Below are positions 13,801 to 29,115 of a stretch of 64,000 nt of DNA, one piece after another. The DNA lies in the NCBI GenBank assembly GCA_951406725.2, contig OX597822.1, forward strand, positions 114,700,001 to 114,764,000, given 5' to 3'. The translations under genes and the position numbers were made by a program. The notes beneath the pieces were generated by a model. That model was not told where the DNA came from, ran no database searches, and was given only the letters and a program-made list of their open reading frames with translations. The stretch's first letter is position 1, and each line of letters starts with the position of its first letter. The stretch is from Octopus vulgaris (Eukaryota).

Positions 13801-14507
13801 AAAAAGTCAACTAGTATACTAAACATAACTACTAAGCGTAACAAAAGATGCTGGAAGCTATCCATCAGACCTTGTACCGTGAGAGAGGGAACAGAAGGGA
13901 TTTGGTAAAGTTTGTGGTCTTCCAGTGGGATTAACATTAAAAATTGATTAATTCAGCTCTAATTGAAAGCTGAAACTATATTTGGAGGTAGAGTATGCGA
14001 AGTAAAGGTTACAAGATACCTGAGCAATTTTTATCTAGGCTGTGGCTCTCTTAAGATATTAGTCTTCTTAAACGATGCCACGCTTTTAAGTATAATTTAA
14101 TAAATAACATATGTAACTCAGATAATAGCTTTTATTACATTAAATCATTTAAAAATGTGATCAAGAGAAAACGTTAGAAGCAGAGAGGGAGAGAGACAGA
14201 AGAGAGGGGAGAGATAGAGAGAATCGAAGAAGGAGAGGGTAACAGGAAGAAAACGTAGGTATACATCCACTGCTTCTTCCCAAGGAATCTAATGGTCTTA
14301 GCTTAGTTTTTCCTTGGAACTGCCCAGATTGGAGCAATCTAAAGTTTTATCAGCCGGAATTGCGAGGATAATCTGGTGCTTGACTGAAGAAAGAAAACTT
14401 CGAATGACCCGTCCTTGTTTTCTTTGTATCGACAATCTGGATGTTTTTTTTGTCCCTTTTTTGTATCACCTAGTTGTCCGGATATTTTGAGTTCTTTTCG
14501 CACTTTG

Positions 14508-14584
<77 letters not shown>

Positions 14585-14587
14585 CAG

Positions 14588-14910
14588 GAGCACTCCGTCA
14601 GTTACGACGACGAGGGATCCAGCTGATACGATCAACGGAACAGCTTGCTGGTGATATTAACGTGCAAGTGGCTGAGCACTCCACAGACACGCTTACCCCT
14701 TTACATACTTTTCAGGGAGGTTCAGCGTGACACAGAGTGTGACAAGGCTTGCCTTTTGAAATACAGGTACTACACATTCTTGCCACCTCAGTGGACTCCA
14801 GCAACGTGAAATAAAGTGTCTTGCTCAAGGACACAACGCATCGCCAAGAATTGAACTCATGACCTTACGATCGTGAGCCGAATGCCTTAACCACTAAGCC
14901 ACGCACCTTC
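14588..14910 (-). mobile_element. tRNA-derived SINE family 4
   Basis: Minus strand head GCGTGGCTTAGTGGTTAAGGCATTCGGCTCACGATCGTAAGGTCATGAGTTCAATTC; homologue at 37012-37320. Confidence 0.8.
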
Positions 14911-14958
14911 ACACACACACACACACACACATACACGCACACGCATACACACACATAC

Positions 14959-15030
<72 letters not shown>

Positions 15031-15123
15031 ACACACATACACGCACACACATACACACACACACACACATACACACACACACATACACACACACATGCAC
15101 GCACACACATACACACACACACA

Positions 15124-15161
<38 letters not shown>

Positions 15162-15395
15162 CACACGCATACACACACATACACACACATATACACACAC
15201 ACACACATACACACACACACACACACACATACACGCGCGCGCGCTCGCATACGTACATAGAAAAAGAAAAGACGAAAAGAGGCGTATAAACAACAAGAAA
15301 GTGTATTAGTTTGACGCTCGGGGAAAAATGAAAAAGGGTTTTACATTTCGAGCCTTTGCTCTATAACCAAAAGATAAACACGAGAGAATGAAAAA

Positions 15396-15426
<31 letters not shown>

Positions 15427-15535
15427 ATATAAAAAAATAAATAATAACGTCTTAACTTCTTATTTAGTATGTATTTACTATATTCTTGTCTTCATTATGT
15501 TTGAAATTTAAGAGCAGTAATATTATTGTCTCGGT

Positions 15536-15924
15536 CAGTGTTTCCCAACCATTTTTAAACTTATGGACTCCATTGATCCCTATTTTATTCTGGTGGACCC
15601 CCCCCATACCCAATCGATGTTTAAAAACTACTTTCTTGGATACTTCTTTCAAAATTCCTATTTTGCTTTTCACACTCTCACTTGTACAAGTTTTACAATA
15701 GAACTCTCCGAGAAAGCTTGTTTCACTAGCGAGAAACATTGAATCTGGTCAAGAAAGAAACCGAGCTCTTTCTTGCAATAAACATTAACGCATCGTAATC
15801 AAAATATTTCGATGGACTCTGAAAATACTTCTGTGGATCTCCGGTTTACTATTTTGCTTGCGTGGACTTCCAAAATCTTGTATTCATCACTAGGGTTTAC
15901 ATGGACCGCGTAAGGGAATTACTG
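15536..15924. mobile_element. Degenerate hAT-type MITE
   Basis: Starts CAGTGTTTCCCAACC, ends ..GGGAATTACTG; internal GTGGACCCC-type subterminal repeats; no clear TSD. Confidence 0.5.
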
Positions 15925-16171
15925 GTATATGCTATAACTGCGTGATCCAGTTGATTATGACATCCAAAATGAATATTGTTTCCCTCTGTGTGGTCACTAA
16001 CCTGCAATAAAGAAGTAGTTGCAGCTCTTCGAAAGCACTCTCTAACGTCTTAAGTAATGTAAAAGACATATTAGAGAATCTAGTCTTGTTCTCTAGAAAG
16101 AAGGGATAACCATAGATGCAATGGCTTTGACCAAAGATCTCCATACTCAGGATTACCCGGACCCTAGCAAT

Positions 16172-16465
16172 TTCCACCACTATTACTACCACTACCACCA
16201 GCCCTAACACGATCAACAGTGCCACCGCCAGTACCACCGCCGCCACCGCCGCCACCACCACCACCACCACCAGCACCACCACCACCACCACCGTCACCCC
16301 ATCACTACCAGCACTATAACCAGCAGATACACCAACACCAGCACTATCACCAACAACACCACCAGAAGCACCACCAACACTACCATCATCACCATCACCA
16401 CTACCACCATCACCACCACCACAACCACTACCATAAATACCACCATTACTAACAACAACCACATC
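16172..16465. repeat. (CAC)n-type trinucleotide low-complexity tract
   Basis: Directly visible. Confidence 0.9.
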
Positions 16466-17228
16466 ACTCTATGTTCTTATTACAGTTTTATGTCTGACCC
16501 ATGCAAAATTTACTCTTATAGTCAAAATGGAATTTTATTATTTTTATGCCACCTGATGAGAGATACAGTTCTGGAAACAAATCATTTCGAAGATTTACAC
16601 TATGATAAGTACAGGTATGTGTTCTTCATATCATATATAAAACGTTAGCTTCTTCTTTCTATTCTTTTACAGTATAGACTTAATATTGTAACTTTAATGA
16701 TTTATAAATCATATGAATATTTATGAGATGACTCGTTATAATAGGTTTCTTCCGTTCCATCTGCGTGGAATGCAATATTTAGAGAAAGGTGGGAAGCCCA
16801 CAGGATTTACTTTGCAGTAATATTCAATAAAATATGGTACAATTTTTGATTTGTACAAAGTTGATGTTTGTTTAAGGACTGGTTTAGATGTGAGGTACAG
16901 GGTTAGGTTTAAGATTAGGATCAGTAATTTAGATTTGGAGTTAGGATATAGGATTTGGGATTACAGTTAGTTAATCAAGTTAGAGTTTAGAGTTCAGAGT
17001 TAGTGGTAGTGTTGGGTTCAGGGTTAGAGCTTGGAGTTGAAGTTTATGGTTACTGACAAGGGTTGTGGATAGAGTTTGGAAATGAGGTTTAGTGTAAGTG
17101 ATTAAGGAACTGTATTGTTACTAGTGGAAAGCTACATTTACTTTGAAATTACACACAAACGCACACATATAATACAGACACACAGTCACACTACACACAT
17201 ATAAATATAAACATACATATACATACAT

Positions 17229-17283
<55 letters not shown>

Positions 17284-17322
17284 CGTATATATATATATAT
17301 ACGTATATATATATATATATAT

Positions 17323-17358
<36 letters not shown>

Positions 17359-17361
<3 letters not shown>

Positions 17362-18027
17362 TGATTGATTGATTGATTCTAGTTTCAGCTTATGAGCTGT
17401 GGCCATGCTGGGGCACCGCCATTTGGTGTTGCTACTTGGTTTCACTTCACGAAAGCTTTCTAGCAACTGCCATTTGGTGCATGAGAGAGTTCGATGCAGC
17501 TGCCCTCATCTGCCCCTCCTGCCGTGAAGTTGGTTCATCTGGGACACCTGACAGGAAGAGATCCAGCTTCATTTTAAAGACATCTGCATCCACCCCATGC
17601 AGGTCTCTCAGGTTCTTCGGGAGGATATTGAAGAGCTGTGGGCCTCGGAAGCCCAGGCTATCACAGAATCTTGTCCTACATCTTGATGGCAAGTTTGGAG
17701 TCCTAGGCACCACGCATTGGCGCCCAGTTCTAGCATTTGCGTAACTCTCGATGCCAAAGTTCAGGACACGTCCCTCCAGGATCTGCCAGATGTATATTAT
17801 GGCATATCTTACCCGCCTACGCTCCAGGGAATATAGTTTTAATCTCTTGAGTCTTTCCCAGTAGCTTACATTCTGCATAGAGGCTATCTTCTTCGTGTAG
17901 CTACGTTGGATCGCCTCGAGCTATGTGATCAACTTGACACTGGATGGTGACCATAGCTGAGAGCAATAGTCAAAGTGGCTTAGGACAAGTGTCCTCCAGA
18001 GAACCATCATGGTCCTCCAGAGGACCA
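17359..18027 (-). mobile_element. 5'-truncated CR1/L2-group LINE with (TCAA)n tail
   Basis: ORF 17447-17878 and upstream LVLSHFDYCSQLWSP; same family as 2150-2640. Confidence 0.88.
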
Positions 18028-19266
18028 TATATATATACATAGTCACGAATGACAGAGATTTAGTTTGATGAAATTTTATTTAACTGTAAGAAAATTTTGA
18101 TTTCACGACAAGTTGTTTCGTAATTTAAAAACATTTAAATAAGTCATATTTATCAGTATATTATATTTATCAGCATAGTTATTATATTTTATTTGCATTA
18201 ATTCCGGCAGGTAAGTAATGTATCATTTATTATTTATGACTCTGCCCACTCCTTAACGTTTTCTCTTGTATCATATCATATATGCTATACGTTTTGTAGA
18301 ATGATATATTAAGGAGCTTTTTTTAGGATATCTTGTTAATGTTATTTCTACCGAAATTATAGCCCGCACAGTTTCTTTCTGCTACATTTTCTATCGAAAC
18401 CAAAACAAGAAATCAACCAAATAACTCGTACATTACAAATACAATCTGTGAGAGGAAAAATAAAAGTCTGCAAGACTTTGCTCAAGTTTAAAATGTGACA
18501 TTGTCATTGTTACCTACATTCCAATGATGGAACTTTGTATCTTCGTTAGAAACCAGTTTCTTCCTCAAATAAAGAATCTAAACACACACACACATACACA
18601 CACACATGTACAGAAAAGAGAACATATGCACACACATAGATACATACATATACACATACACGCAGACATAGACACACACACATACATACAAACATACACA
18701 GACACGCATACATGCATGTACACACACACACACATATGCATACATACGTAAATAAATACATACATACACGCATGCATGCATATAAACATACATACTTATG
18801 ATCTTTCTGTCTGCCACCATCTAAACTGATCCGAACTGTGTACAGCTGTTAGCAGAATGAGGTGAGTGGCAGCGAGGCGATGGTGGTGGTGGTGGTGGTG
18901 GTGGTGGGGGGGCTGATATGTTGTGAACCCTAATCAAAGTGGAAATGCATAAATCATTAACAGTTAGTTCCAGCCCACGTCCCACTGTTTTCGAGCTTCA
19001 GAAGCAGATGTTTTCTGCACGCTGAACCTACGAACCATTGGCTGGACTGAGTCACCTTACTCAGATAGCGTTACATGTCACAAACCTTTCAGTAACTCAT
19101 TTCCCTCCTTAATACACCCTCAATTGCATGCGCATACACACACATACATGCACATATACATCCACTTACATACGCACACACACTCATACATGTATACAAT
19201 AAATATGGTGCATATATTTTTGTATATATAATGTTAATGTAGATGTTTATATATATATATATATAA

Positions 19267-19344
<78 letters not shown>

Positions 19345-19420
19345 AATATTAGGGAATAAATCCAAATTTACAGGGAAAAAATCAGATTTAGGATTAAATC
19401 CAATTTTATAGTAAAATATT

Positions 19421-19573
19421 ATATAATATTATTAGAGACAAAACCACTATTTTGCAAAACAAACAAGGAAAGACTTAATCAATACATAAAATGTTATTAA
19501 AATTTTATGTATTGATTAAGTCTTTCCTTGTTTGTTTTGCAAAATAGTGGTTTTGTCTCTAATAATATTATAT
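19421..19573. repeat. Near-perfect inverted repeat (arms about 70 bp) flanked by (TA)n
   Basis: ATTAGAGACAAAACCACTATTTTGCAAAACAAACAAGGAAAGACTTAATCAATACATAAAAT followed by its reverse complement. Confidence 0.95.
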
Positions 19574-20008
19574 ATATATATATATATATATACGTCCAGA
19601 CCCCTCATACGCACTTATACTCTCTCATACACACACACACACACACTTATACATACTAATACGTACTAATACATACTAATACATACTAATACATACACCA
19701 ACCCCATACATACGCACGTCCACACCAATCCTACGCACTAATACTCTCTCATACACACACACACACACACCCTTATACATACTAATACATACACCAACCC
19801 TATACATACACACGTCCAGACCCCTCCTACGCACTATTAGCTGGTCCTTCAACCATATTATCAACCCTATTATCTCCCCTTATTTCGCTCTCGCGTCTCA
19901 TGTTTGATCTTTGACCTCTGGCCGAAATCAGATCGCCATGTTGATTCGTTAGCTACTGCACGCATTATTTTTCTCTCCTTCTTTCTGTGTTTTTTTTCTC
20001 TCTGTGTA

Positions 20009-20046
20009 TCTTTCTGTTGAAGAGCGTAGGCTCGAAACGTTAAAGA
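20009..20046 (+). ncRNA. Minimal type I hammerhead-like motif (A6U variant, extra A after A9)
   Basis: UCUUU-CUGUUGA-A-GAGC-GUAG-GCUC-GAAA-CG-UU-AAAGA. Stem I 5 bp, palindromic stem III ACGU. Degenerate relatives at 15339-15373 (-) and 37956-37988 (-). Confidence 0.6.
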
Positions 20047-20143
20047 CTTGTTTTATTTATATTTCCTGAGCGCCATACTAATACAATTGTTTGTTTGTTT
20101 TCCACCTGCCTTCGTCTTTTGTCTATTTTCATAAAGCTTCCCG

Positions 20144-20201
<58 letters not shown>

Positions 20202-20269
20202 TAGACCACTGGTGTTAAATTTGATGTTATCAAATTAATATCCAATTTTTTCACCCTCATTTGATTTTC

Positions 20270-20318
<49 letters not shown>

Positions 20319-20417
20319 AAATATACACAAAAACAAAAGACGAAGACAGGTGTATGAACAACAAGCAGGTGTATTAGTTTGACACTCGGGAAAGTTAGAA
20401 AGTCTTTTACGCTCTGG

Positions 20418-20466
<49 letters not shown>

Positions 20467-20571
20467 ATGTATGTATGTATGTATGTATGTATGTATGTAT
20501 GTATGTATATATATATATATGTATATGTAAACATATACATATACATACATATATATATATACATACATATA

Positions 20572-20609
<38 letters not shown>

Positions 20610-20674
20610 TACATTAAAAGGCTTCCAAAAGAAGAAGTGAGTACTAGATACACAAAAGTTGGATAACTTGACTA

Positions 20675-20733
<59 letters not shown>

Positions 20734-20750
20734 GTATGTATATATATGTA

Positions 20751-20885
<135 letters not shown>

Positions 20886-21318
20886 GCATGTATACACGTA
20901 TTTTTATATTAATAACGATTAGTGCCGAGAGTTTCGTGCGTTGAACCGCCATGTTTTGTGATCTAGCTTCCTGTTTTGCATCACCAAATATACTTCTCTG
21001 TCTGTCTGCCCCTCTCTCTCTCTCTCTCTAGCTATCTATCTCTCTATATATCTATCTATCTACATATAATACAAAGTATCTGATAAAAGTCAGTATTCAA
21101 TTTTGGGGGATTAATCGAATTGCGGGTATTCTATTTCATATAATACAAAAATAAGCGAATGAGTATATCTGACAGTAAACTCATGCTATCAGTTTGCACA
21201 TCACAAAATAACACTTAAAGGATATAACTGAAAAATATAACCGAAATTACCAGCTCTAAAATGTACTTCATTAATTATATCACACTTTAATTAATACTTA
21301 TATTTATGAAATATTAAG

Positions 21319-21385
21319 GAACTACACGTGTTTCTGTATTGGAAGATTACAATATATATACATATACACAACTGTATACTTATAT

Positions 21386-21464
<79 letters not shown>

Positions 21465-21514
21465 TATATATGCAATCACCAGATTTACAATTATTCCAAC
21501 ACATCTTCAGGTTC
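21319..21514 (-). ncRNA. Type I hammerhead ribozyme with a (UA)n microsatellite in loop II
   Basis: GAAC-CUGAAGA-UGUGUUGGAA...UUCCAAUACA-GAAA-CACGUG-UA-GUUC. Confidence 0.8.
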
Positions 21515-21856
21515 TATTTGAAAATATTATATATCTAATTTTACATCCCTTTAAAAATATGCAATACAATTAAGCATTAAACATAAAAAATTACGAATTA
21601 GAAATTAAGAATAAAAGTTAAGAATAAAAATTATACTTTGTAATATTAAGAATTAAACATTTATGAATTATACATTATAAATATGAATTAGTATATATAT
21701 ATCAATCATGTAAAATCAAGTATATGTCAAATACAGAATGTGAGATATAAGATTAAACATCAGAATAAAAATGTTGTGTTTAAATGTGATATATAACAAG
21801 AAAAATTCAAATACATATAAAGGGATGTAAAATTAGATATATAATATTTTGAAATA

Positions 21857-22225
<369 letters not shown>

Positions 22226-23548
22226 CTTCATATTAAATAAATATAAGTATTAACTAAAGTATGATATAATTAATGAAGTATATTATAAAGCTGATAATTT
22301 AGGTTATATCTTTTAATTGTTATTTCGTGGTGTGCAAACTGATACCATGAGTTTACTGTCAGATATACTCATTCGGTTTTTTTTGTATTATCTGAAATAG
22401 AATACCCGCATATCGACTCTAATACCCAACTGGTACTTATTTCTTTGACCCAGAAAGGATCAAAAGTAAAGACAGGTACGTCGGAATCCGAGCTCTGAAG
22501 CTGAAGACGATCTTTATTTGATAATATTGGTTTCAAATTTTGGTACCAGGCCTGCAGTTTCGGGAAAGGCTGTAAGTCGGTTACATCGACTCCAGTGTTC
22601 ACCTGGTTTCGTTGACCCAGGAAGGATGAAAAACAAAGTCGACCCTGGGGGAATATGAACTCAGAACGTAAAGGCACTTTTTCATTTGGCAATATTAAAC
22701 ACAATTTCTAACCTAACACTGCACTCGATGCGTAAACAAATCGCCTCATTTTTAAACAAATTTCTTCCAGTTGTAAAATGTATTGCAGGGGCAGTAACTA
22801 TGCACAGCTCTGAAAAGTGGTAACATTATGACTTTAGAAATTGATTCCTTAGTTTTCAGTGTTAAGTTCAAATTCTTCTGCTGGTAAGAAGAACCAATAC
22901 AAAAAGAAAGAAAGAAAAACTAAGTTGAGCAATCTTCTCTACGAAATCACTCGTTGAAACCATTTCTTGAGTGGGACTCCAATTGAACTATTTCACGATG
23001 AATATATATTTATCTAAAACTCTTTGAAAATATATCGTACCATTTTCCTCTAAGATGAATTTATATTCATTTTCACTCCTTTTAGACTAATTATTCATAC
23101 TCTTTATTCTTCTGTTAGGGTACCAGACAGTACCGCAGCAGAAAAGTACTTGAATACGGTACTAAAATGACGAACAGTGTCTCATTTTTCGTCACCTTAC
23201 ACTATTGTTGTCTGCATGAAAATTTCAATGTTGAATTTTCAGTTATTTTAATATTTGTTGTGCTTTCTTTTAAAGTTATGTGGTTTATCTGAAATACTGC
23301 CAAAATATTCAGAAGATTGTGAATATATCATTTCCCCTACTATTTTAGCTTGGGAATGTTGTACTATTTTTAATATTTTTTTCTTCAGTCGAAAGAGAAT
23401 GCACCCAGTCGTGTCAGGGTACACCACTAGTATATTATCAATGAACTGAAACAAACGTCTGCATAGTTGAAAGTATTTTATTTTATTTATTATTTATATG
23501 GTTTTTTTTTTCGTGGGAGCGGTATTCTTAAGACAGGAAATATATAAA

Positions 23549-24440
23549 TACTAGCCTGAGTACCCGGCGTTTTTCGAAAGCTTAAAGAATGTTAAAAGAA
23601 ACAGATATAATTATTCTGATAAAAATATATTTACAGAAAAATTCTATCAGATGACGTGAGTATGAAGAAAGTTATTAAAACAAATCCAGAAATTAATCAC
23701 AGTTTAATTTCGTAGAGCTTCTAAATATACAAAGTTTTCAGCGTGTCCTTAAATTGGTGTACAAAGAAAGAGAGTTGAGGGATTTTCAACTCGCGAACAT
23801 CCCGTATCTCATTGGCCATGAAAGAAGCAAGGAGAAGCAAGGAGAAGTCCAACAACGTTGAGAGATTGTGCTTGAGATTTGTTTATGGACACAGTAAAAC
23901 TAAGTTTCACTGGAACTGGAGCTGTTTAAATTCATAGGGGAGGTCAGATGGGATTAATGGGATCCGTGGAATGAAGACATCGTCATCCTTATATTTCCCA
24001 AGGGAAATGAATTTTGCGGTAAGGACTAAACTTCTTGTTTCATTATCAGAATTAAAAAGCATTTATCGTTACTTTAAAAAAAAAAATAGAGGTGGCGGTC
24101 GTAGATTATGACGTAGAATTATTCAATATCGTGTTTGCTTCTATAAAAATCGTTTACCTTTAAAGCGAAAAAAAAAAAAAAAACCCGACGTGTACGACAG
24201 GTATGTAAAACATATTTCAGTTCGGGAAAAAAGTTTAAAATTAGCAACCGCCTCCTAGACCTTCCCCGAGTAATGAAAAACCTTCATGCCAAATTTGGTA
24301 CAGATCGATCCAGCAGTTTGGCCTAAACACGCACACACACACATGCGCGCGCACACACACACACGCGCGCACGCGCACACACATGCACATGCACGCACGC
24401 GCACACACACACACCCACACACACACACACACACACACAG
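23549..24440 (+). mobile_element. Non-autonomous Helitron-like (Lep1/HINE-type) element
   Basis: 5' TACTAGCCTGAGTACCCGGCGTT; 3' CATGCCAAATTTGGTACAGATCGATCCAGCAGTTT followed by (CA)n. Confidence 0.55.
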
Positions 24441-25159
24441 TGAAAAAAACCAAGATTGAACTGAGGATTAAACACCAGATGTTTCCACTAATGTTGCTGG
24501 AAACTTCCTGATACAAATTTGTCGTTTTACCCAAAAATTCAATTCTTCAATCTCCATAACGTCAATATTTACTTCTACTCAAATAATCTGATTTTTTATT
24601 ACCCACAAGGGGCTAACGAAGAAAGGACCAGATAATATCCTACTCAAATAATATCACTTCCAGCATTGCAACACTGCAGCATGACAGAAACAAACACACC
24701 AACTGAATCCTCACCTCACACACTTAAACTTTAACTTCCGAAATTTCACAAACCGTCCATTGGGAAGATCTAGTCCGATGACATCACGAGACACTTCCTG
24801 AGGATAACAGCCAACGATTCTAAGGGAAGACATGCATTCTTTCAATTGTAAATCAGGAACATTCCGCCTCCGTATCCTACCCAACTTGAAACCCCGGAAT
24901 CAAGAAAGTGATTTTTTCCCGATCCCAACGTAGCATTTTTTTCTTCTTTTCACTGAAAAATATAAAGAGGCTGTCACAGAATTAACTATCAATTTCAGTG
25001 AAATCGGACAATTCTTTTCAAAAACTCACCTTTTTTAATGTTTATCATGTGTAATTTAGGTTAAAAGTGGATAAATTATTAATTTTGCTAATAATTTTGT
25101 AATCTTTTTTTATAATGTTATTTTCATTCGTGTTCGATCCCGCTTATCTATTCACAATA

Positions 25160-25465
25160 GCTTTGTTTTTTCAATTTGGCTGCAATCGTTTTCTCTATCC
25201 CTATCCCCAGAATGGAGCAATAGTTTAGCTTAAAGAACTCATTCAGTTAGCAGTGCAGGAGAAAGCTCCTGAAATGCTTCAAAAGGTGTTTCGCAATGCT
25301 AAGGGATACAGACGGAGCACATGTTGAAAATTCTTAAGTTTTGATGTAAATTTTATAAAACTATTTCTTTTGGTATCGTAATTAAGTAATAAGCATAAAA
25401 TTCTGTCAATATTTTTTATAACTTGCCTGATTTCATTGAAATAGTTAATTTTGGAACATCCCAAA
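25160..25465 (+). mobile_element. Tc1/mariner 3' remnant
   Basis: LKELIQLAVQEKAPEMLQKVFRN..GAHVE; TIR-like TTTTGGAACATCCC; homologue at 45455-45785. Confidence 0.6.
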
Positions 25466-26359
25466 ATTATTTGATAACCAAAATCCATTTAATTTCTTAC
25501 TTCTCTCACTGGTGAAACCAGATGATCTCTAATTGAAATTCGTCGCTTCGAATACGAAAGTAAGTCGATATCTATATATTTCTTTTGATATATGTTCCAT
25601 TTCTTTTAATCATTTTTTTTACCAATGTTTATAATAGTTTCAAAGAATTAAATCTGTAAAATAACAATATATCATTGTTTTGAAAGTGTATCTAGATGAG
25701 AGCGATGACAATTTACGTATCCACAGATTTAAGAGAAAATCTATATTAGGAAACAGGAATGTATTTGTTTTTACTCGCGAGTGTTTAGTGTCATGTTACG
25801 TTCCTTTATGAAAATTGCAACTGGAATGAAACGATAAAAAGAAAAAGAAAATATTGAAATTGGTATTATATTATAATATAATCATAGTTTTAGAGGTTAA
25901 ATTTATTTCGATAATTTTGAAGAGATCGGTTTACGTGTATTGGATTCTCATTGTAGAGATTTAGGATTTTTATTAGAGCTCATTAATTTTTGCAAGCTGT
26001 CAGCACTCAACGTTAAGAAGGGAAAAAATATCGGCAACATTAAAAAGAATATCTGAATCTTGGTTTTATCCTTTTGAACATTAATGAGAATTTACCTATG
26101 TGAATGTTATGCAAAAAGATATCTGAAAATGATGCAATGAAGTATTCAAGTAAGAAACATCATAAATGCTTATTTCTTTATATATTAGATTGATTTGGAA
26201 AATAGTTTACCTTAATATCATGCTAAATTCTCAAGTCACCGTCTCATACTGATCTTGAAGTGCAATGAAAGCGCTTATCACAATAAATCCTTCAATATAG
26301 CAGGAAAGAAAGAAAAAAAAAGAACAAAACAGATGACTGCTTTATAAGATTGGCGAGGT

Positions 26360-26815
26360 TATTATACCAATTATAAATGAGGCCATAAAACTGTTATGAA
26401 GAAGGACTGTAAATCTGCTCATAAAACTAATTCTTCAGAGAATCAAGACAAGTTTTCATATTAATTGCTTGTTACTTTCTGAATACCTCTAAGTACTTAG
26501 CTACAACTATTTACGTTCTGAGTTCAAATTCCACCGAGGTCGACTTTGGTTTTCATCCTTTCGGGGTCGATTAAATAAGTACCGGTTGAGCACTGGTATT
26601 GATGTAATCGACTAGTTCCCTCCCACCAAATTTCAGCCCTTGTGCCTATAATAGAAAGGATTATTATACCAATTATAAATGAGGTCATAACAACTGTTAT
26701 GAAGGACTATGAGTAACTCTTAAAGCTAATTCTTCAGAGGATCAATACAAGTCTCCTCCATATTAATTGCTTGTTGCTTTCTGAATACCTTTAAGTATTT
26801 AGCTACGACTCTGAG
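26360..26815. repeat. About 150-bp direct duplication flanking a SINE family 2 copy
   Basis: ATTATACCAATTATAAATGAGG...TTAGCTAC at 26361-26505 and 26664-26808. Confidence 0.85.
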
Positions 26816-26989
26816 TTCATATCATGACATAACCAACTATATCTGGGTGGGAAAATAAAGTGCTATTCAAGTGCTGGCCTCGATTTAATCAACTATACCA
26901 TTTCCCTCGAAATTGCTGCTTCATATAGAAACAATAGAATGGGAACACAATACATAAAAAAATTCTTTCCACAAATCTCTTAAGGCTTT

Positions 26990-27021
<32 letters not shown>

Positions 27022-27079
27022 TAAAGTTGGAAATAATAATATAAATTATATATGCATGTATGTATATATGCATATATAG

Positions 27080-27160
<81 letters not shown>

Positions 27161-28008
27161 TATATGGGTACAGGACGTCACTCCGCGGTCCTGTTTTTAT
27201 TCCCTACATAAACCCAAAATTTTATTTGGGAATTTATGGGAGCAACTGTCTTTGAAGACTCATATTGTCGTTGAATGCTTGAAATGAGGAGTAGATAAAC
27301 AGCCGACAACCGATGAAGGGTCCTTCCTTTTTGTTTACTTGTCCTGTTTTCCACTTTTCACCTCTCATTGTTTGCGTATTTAACTCGTTTGTTTTCGGAC
27401 TTCATGTTGTTTACACAGTTGTAAATAAACATACGAACATATACTAAATACTGACGAACGGAAAACACAGAAGGTCACCAAAAACCTCTTCAGTTTTCGG
27501 CCAGACGGTCGAGCACGATTTCGGCCATTTTCAATAATATTGCTCCCACTCTGTAGGCACCGGCAAGAGAGTTGCCGTGAATGGGACCAAAACATAACGA
27601 AACGAGACGGACTCGAAACGCGACCGTCAGTAGAGGGACGAGGCTAAAGACAATAAACAGAATAAAGAGCGTCGCGTGAGGGCGTCAGGCGGTGTCGTTC
27701 TTTTTTGCATTGCCTTCGATCAGAGTGCTTACGATATTCTCAGCTCCTCACCACCCCACCATGTTTATAGTCCTTTAGGAACTTTTTTATATTTCTCCAT
27801 CGCCTTACACATTCTTGTCTTGTCTTCCAGCACCAAGGCTTCTCTTCTTTTTTTATGTATTATTATCATTTTAATTGTTGTCTTCGTGTGGCCCTCAGCC
27901 TTTATTCTCTTTACTGACATCTTACTCGTCCGTCTACAAATGGTCCCGTCACCAACCCGTCACGCTTTGTTATGTTTTGGTCCCATTCCCGGCAAGTTTC
28001 TTGCCAGC

Positions 28009-28062
<54 letters not shown>

Positions 28063-28380
28063 AACACACACACACACACACACATATATATACACATATA
28101 TATATACATACACACACATATATATATATATATATATACACACACATACATATACAGGTATATCATATTTTCCGTTATATTATTTATGTAACGCACGCAC
28201 TCACTAATTTTCTACTCTCTCTCTCACCCCTCTCTCACTCTCTCTCTCTCTATATATATACGCACACATATATATATATATATATTAATGTATTTATACA
28301 TATACACACACACACATATATATATATGTATATAAATATATATATATATGTATATGCATAAATACTAATTCATATACATA

Positions 28381-28423
<43 letters not shown>

Positions 28424-28460
28424 TCATATATATATATATATATGCATATATATATATTCA

Positions 28461-28496
<36 letters not shown>

Positions 28497-28636
28497 TATA
28501 CATATATATATATATTCACATATATTCATATATATACATACATATATATTCATATATATATATATATAAGTATGTGTGTGTATATATATATATATGCATA
28601 TATATATATGTATATATATATGCATATATATATACA

Positions 28637-28693
<57 letters not shown>

Positions 28694-28727
28694 TCACATA
28701 TATTCATATATATACATATATATATAT

Positions 28728-28779
<52 letters not shown>

Positions 28780-28804
28780 ACAAGTATATATATATGGAAA
28801 CATC

Positions 28805-29115
28805 CTACTACTGTCATGGTACTCCCGCATTTTTCCTCCTCTTCCTCCTCCTCCTCCTCCTCCTTCTTCTTCGTCTTCTTCTTCTTCTTCTTCTTCTTCT
28901 TCTTCTTCTTCCCTGCCCAAAATTCACAACAACCTCGAACCCACAAGAGTATACAAGAGAGACAGAGACAGGCAGAAACAAGGAAAATGCCCCTTGTATT
29001 TGAATACTATGCAAAGATTCTTTTCAAAAACTTTTCTTTTAACTTTTCCAAAATTTAATTGTTTTCCATACTTACAGTTGAAAAAGTCTCAATGACTGAA
29101 ACCGGTACTGAAATG
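28805..29115 (+). mobile_element. Non-coding element with internal (CCT)(CTT)n and a 3' HHR
   Basis: Homologous to 54540-54830; both are next to (TA)n. Confidence 0.8.
29075..29110 (+). ncRNA. Minimal type I hammerhead ribozyme, U3:A8 core
   Basis: CAG-UUGAAAA-AGUC-UCAAU-GACU-GAAA-CCGG-UA-CUG. Confidence 0.75.

Noticed and set aside
16553-16600. CTGATGA...GAAAC possible hammerhead
   Set aside because: No stem I or stem III pairing, and a G.G at the stem II base
25500-25655. Possible minus-strand exon (AG...GTAAG boundaries)
   Set aside because: Stops in all three frames and no recognisable protein
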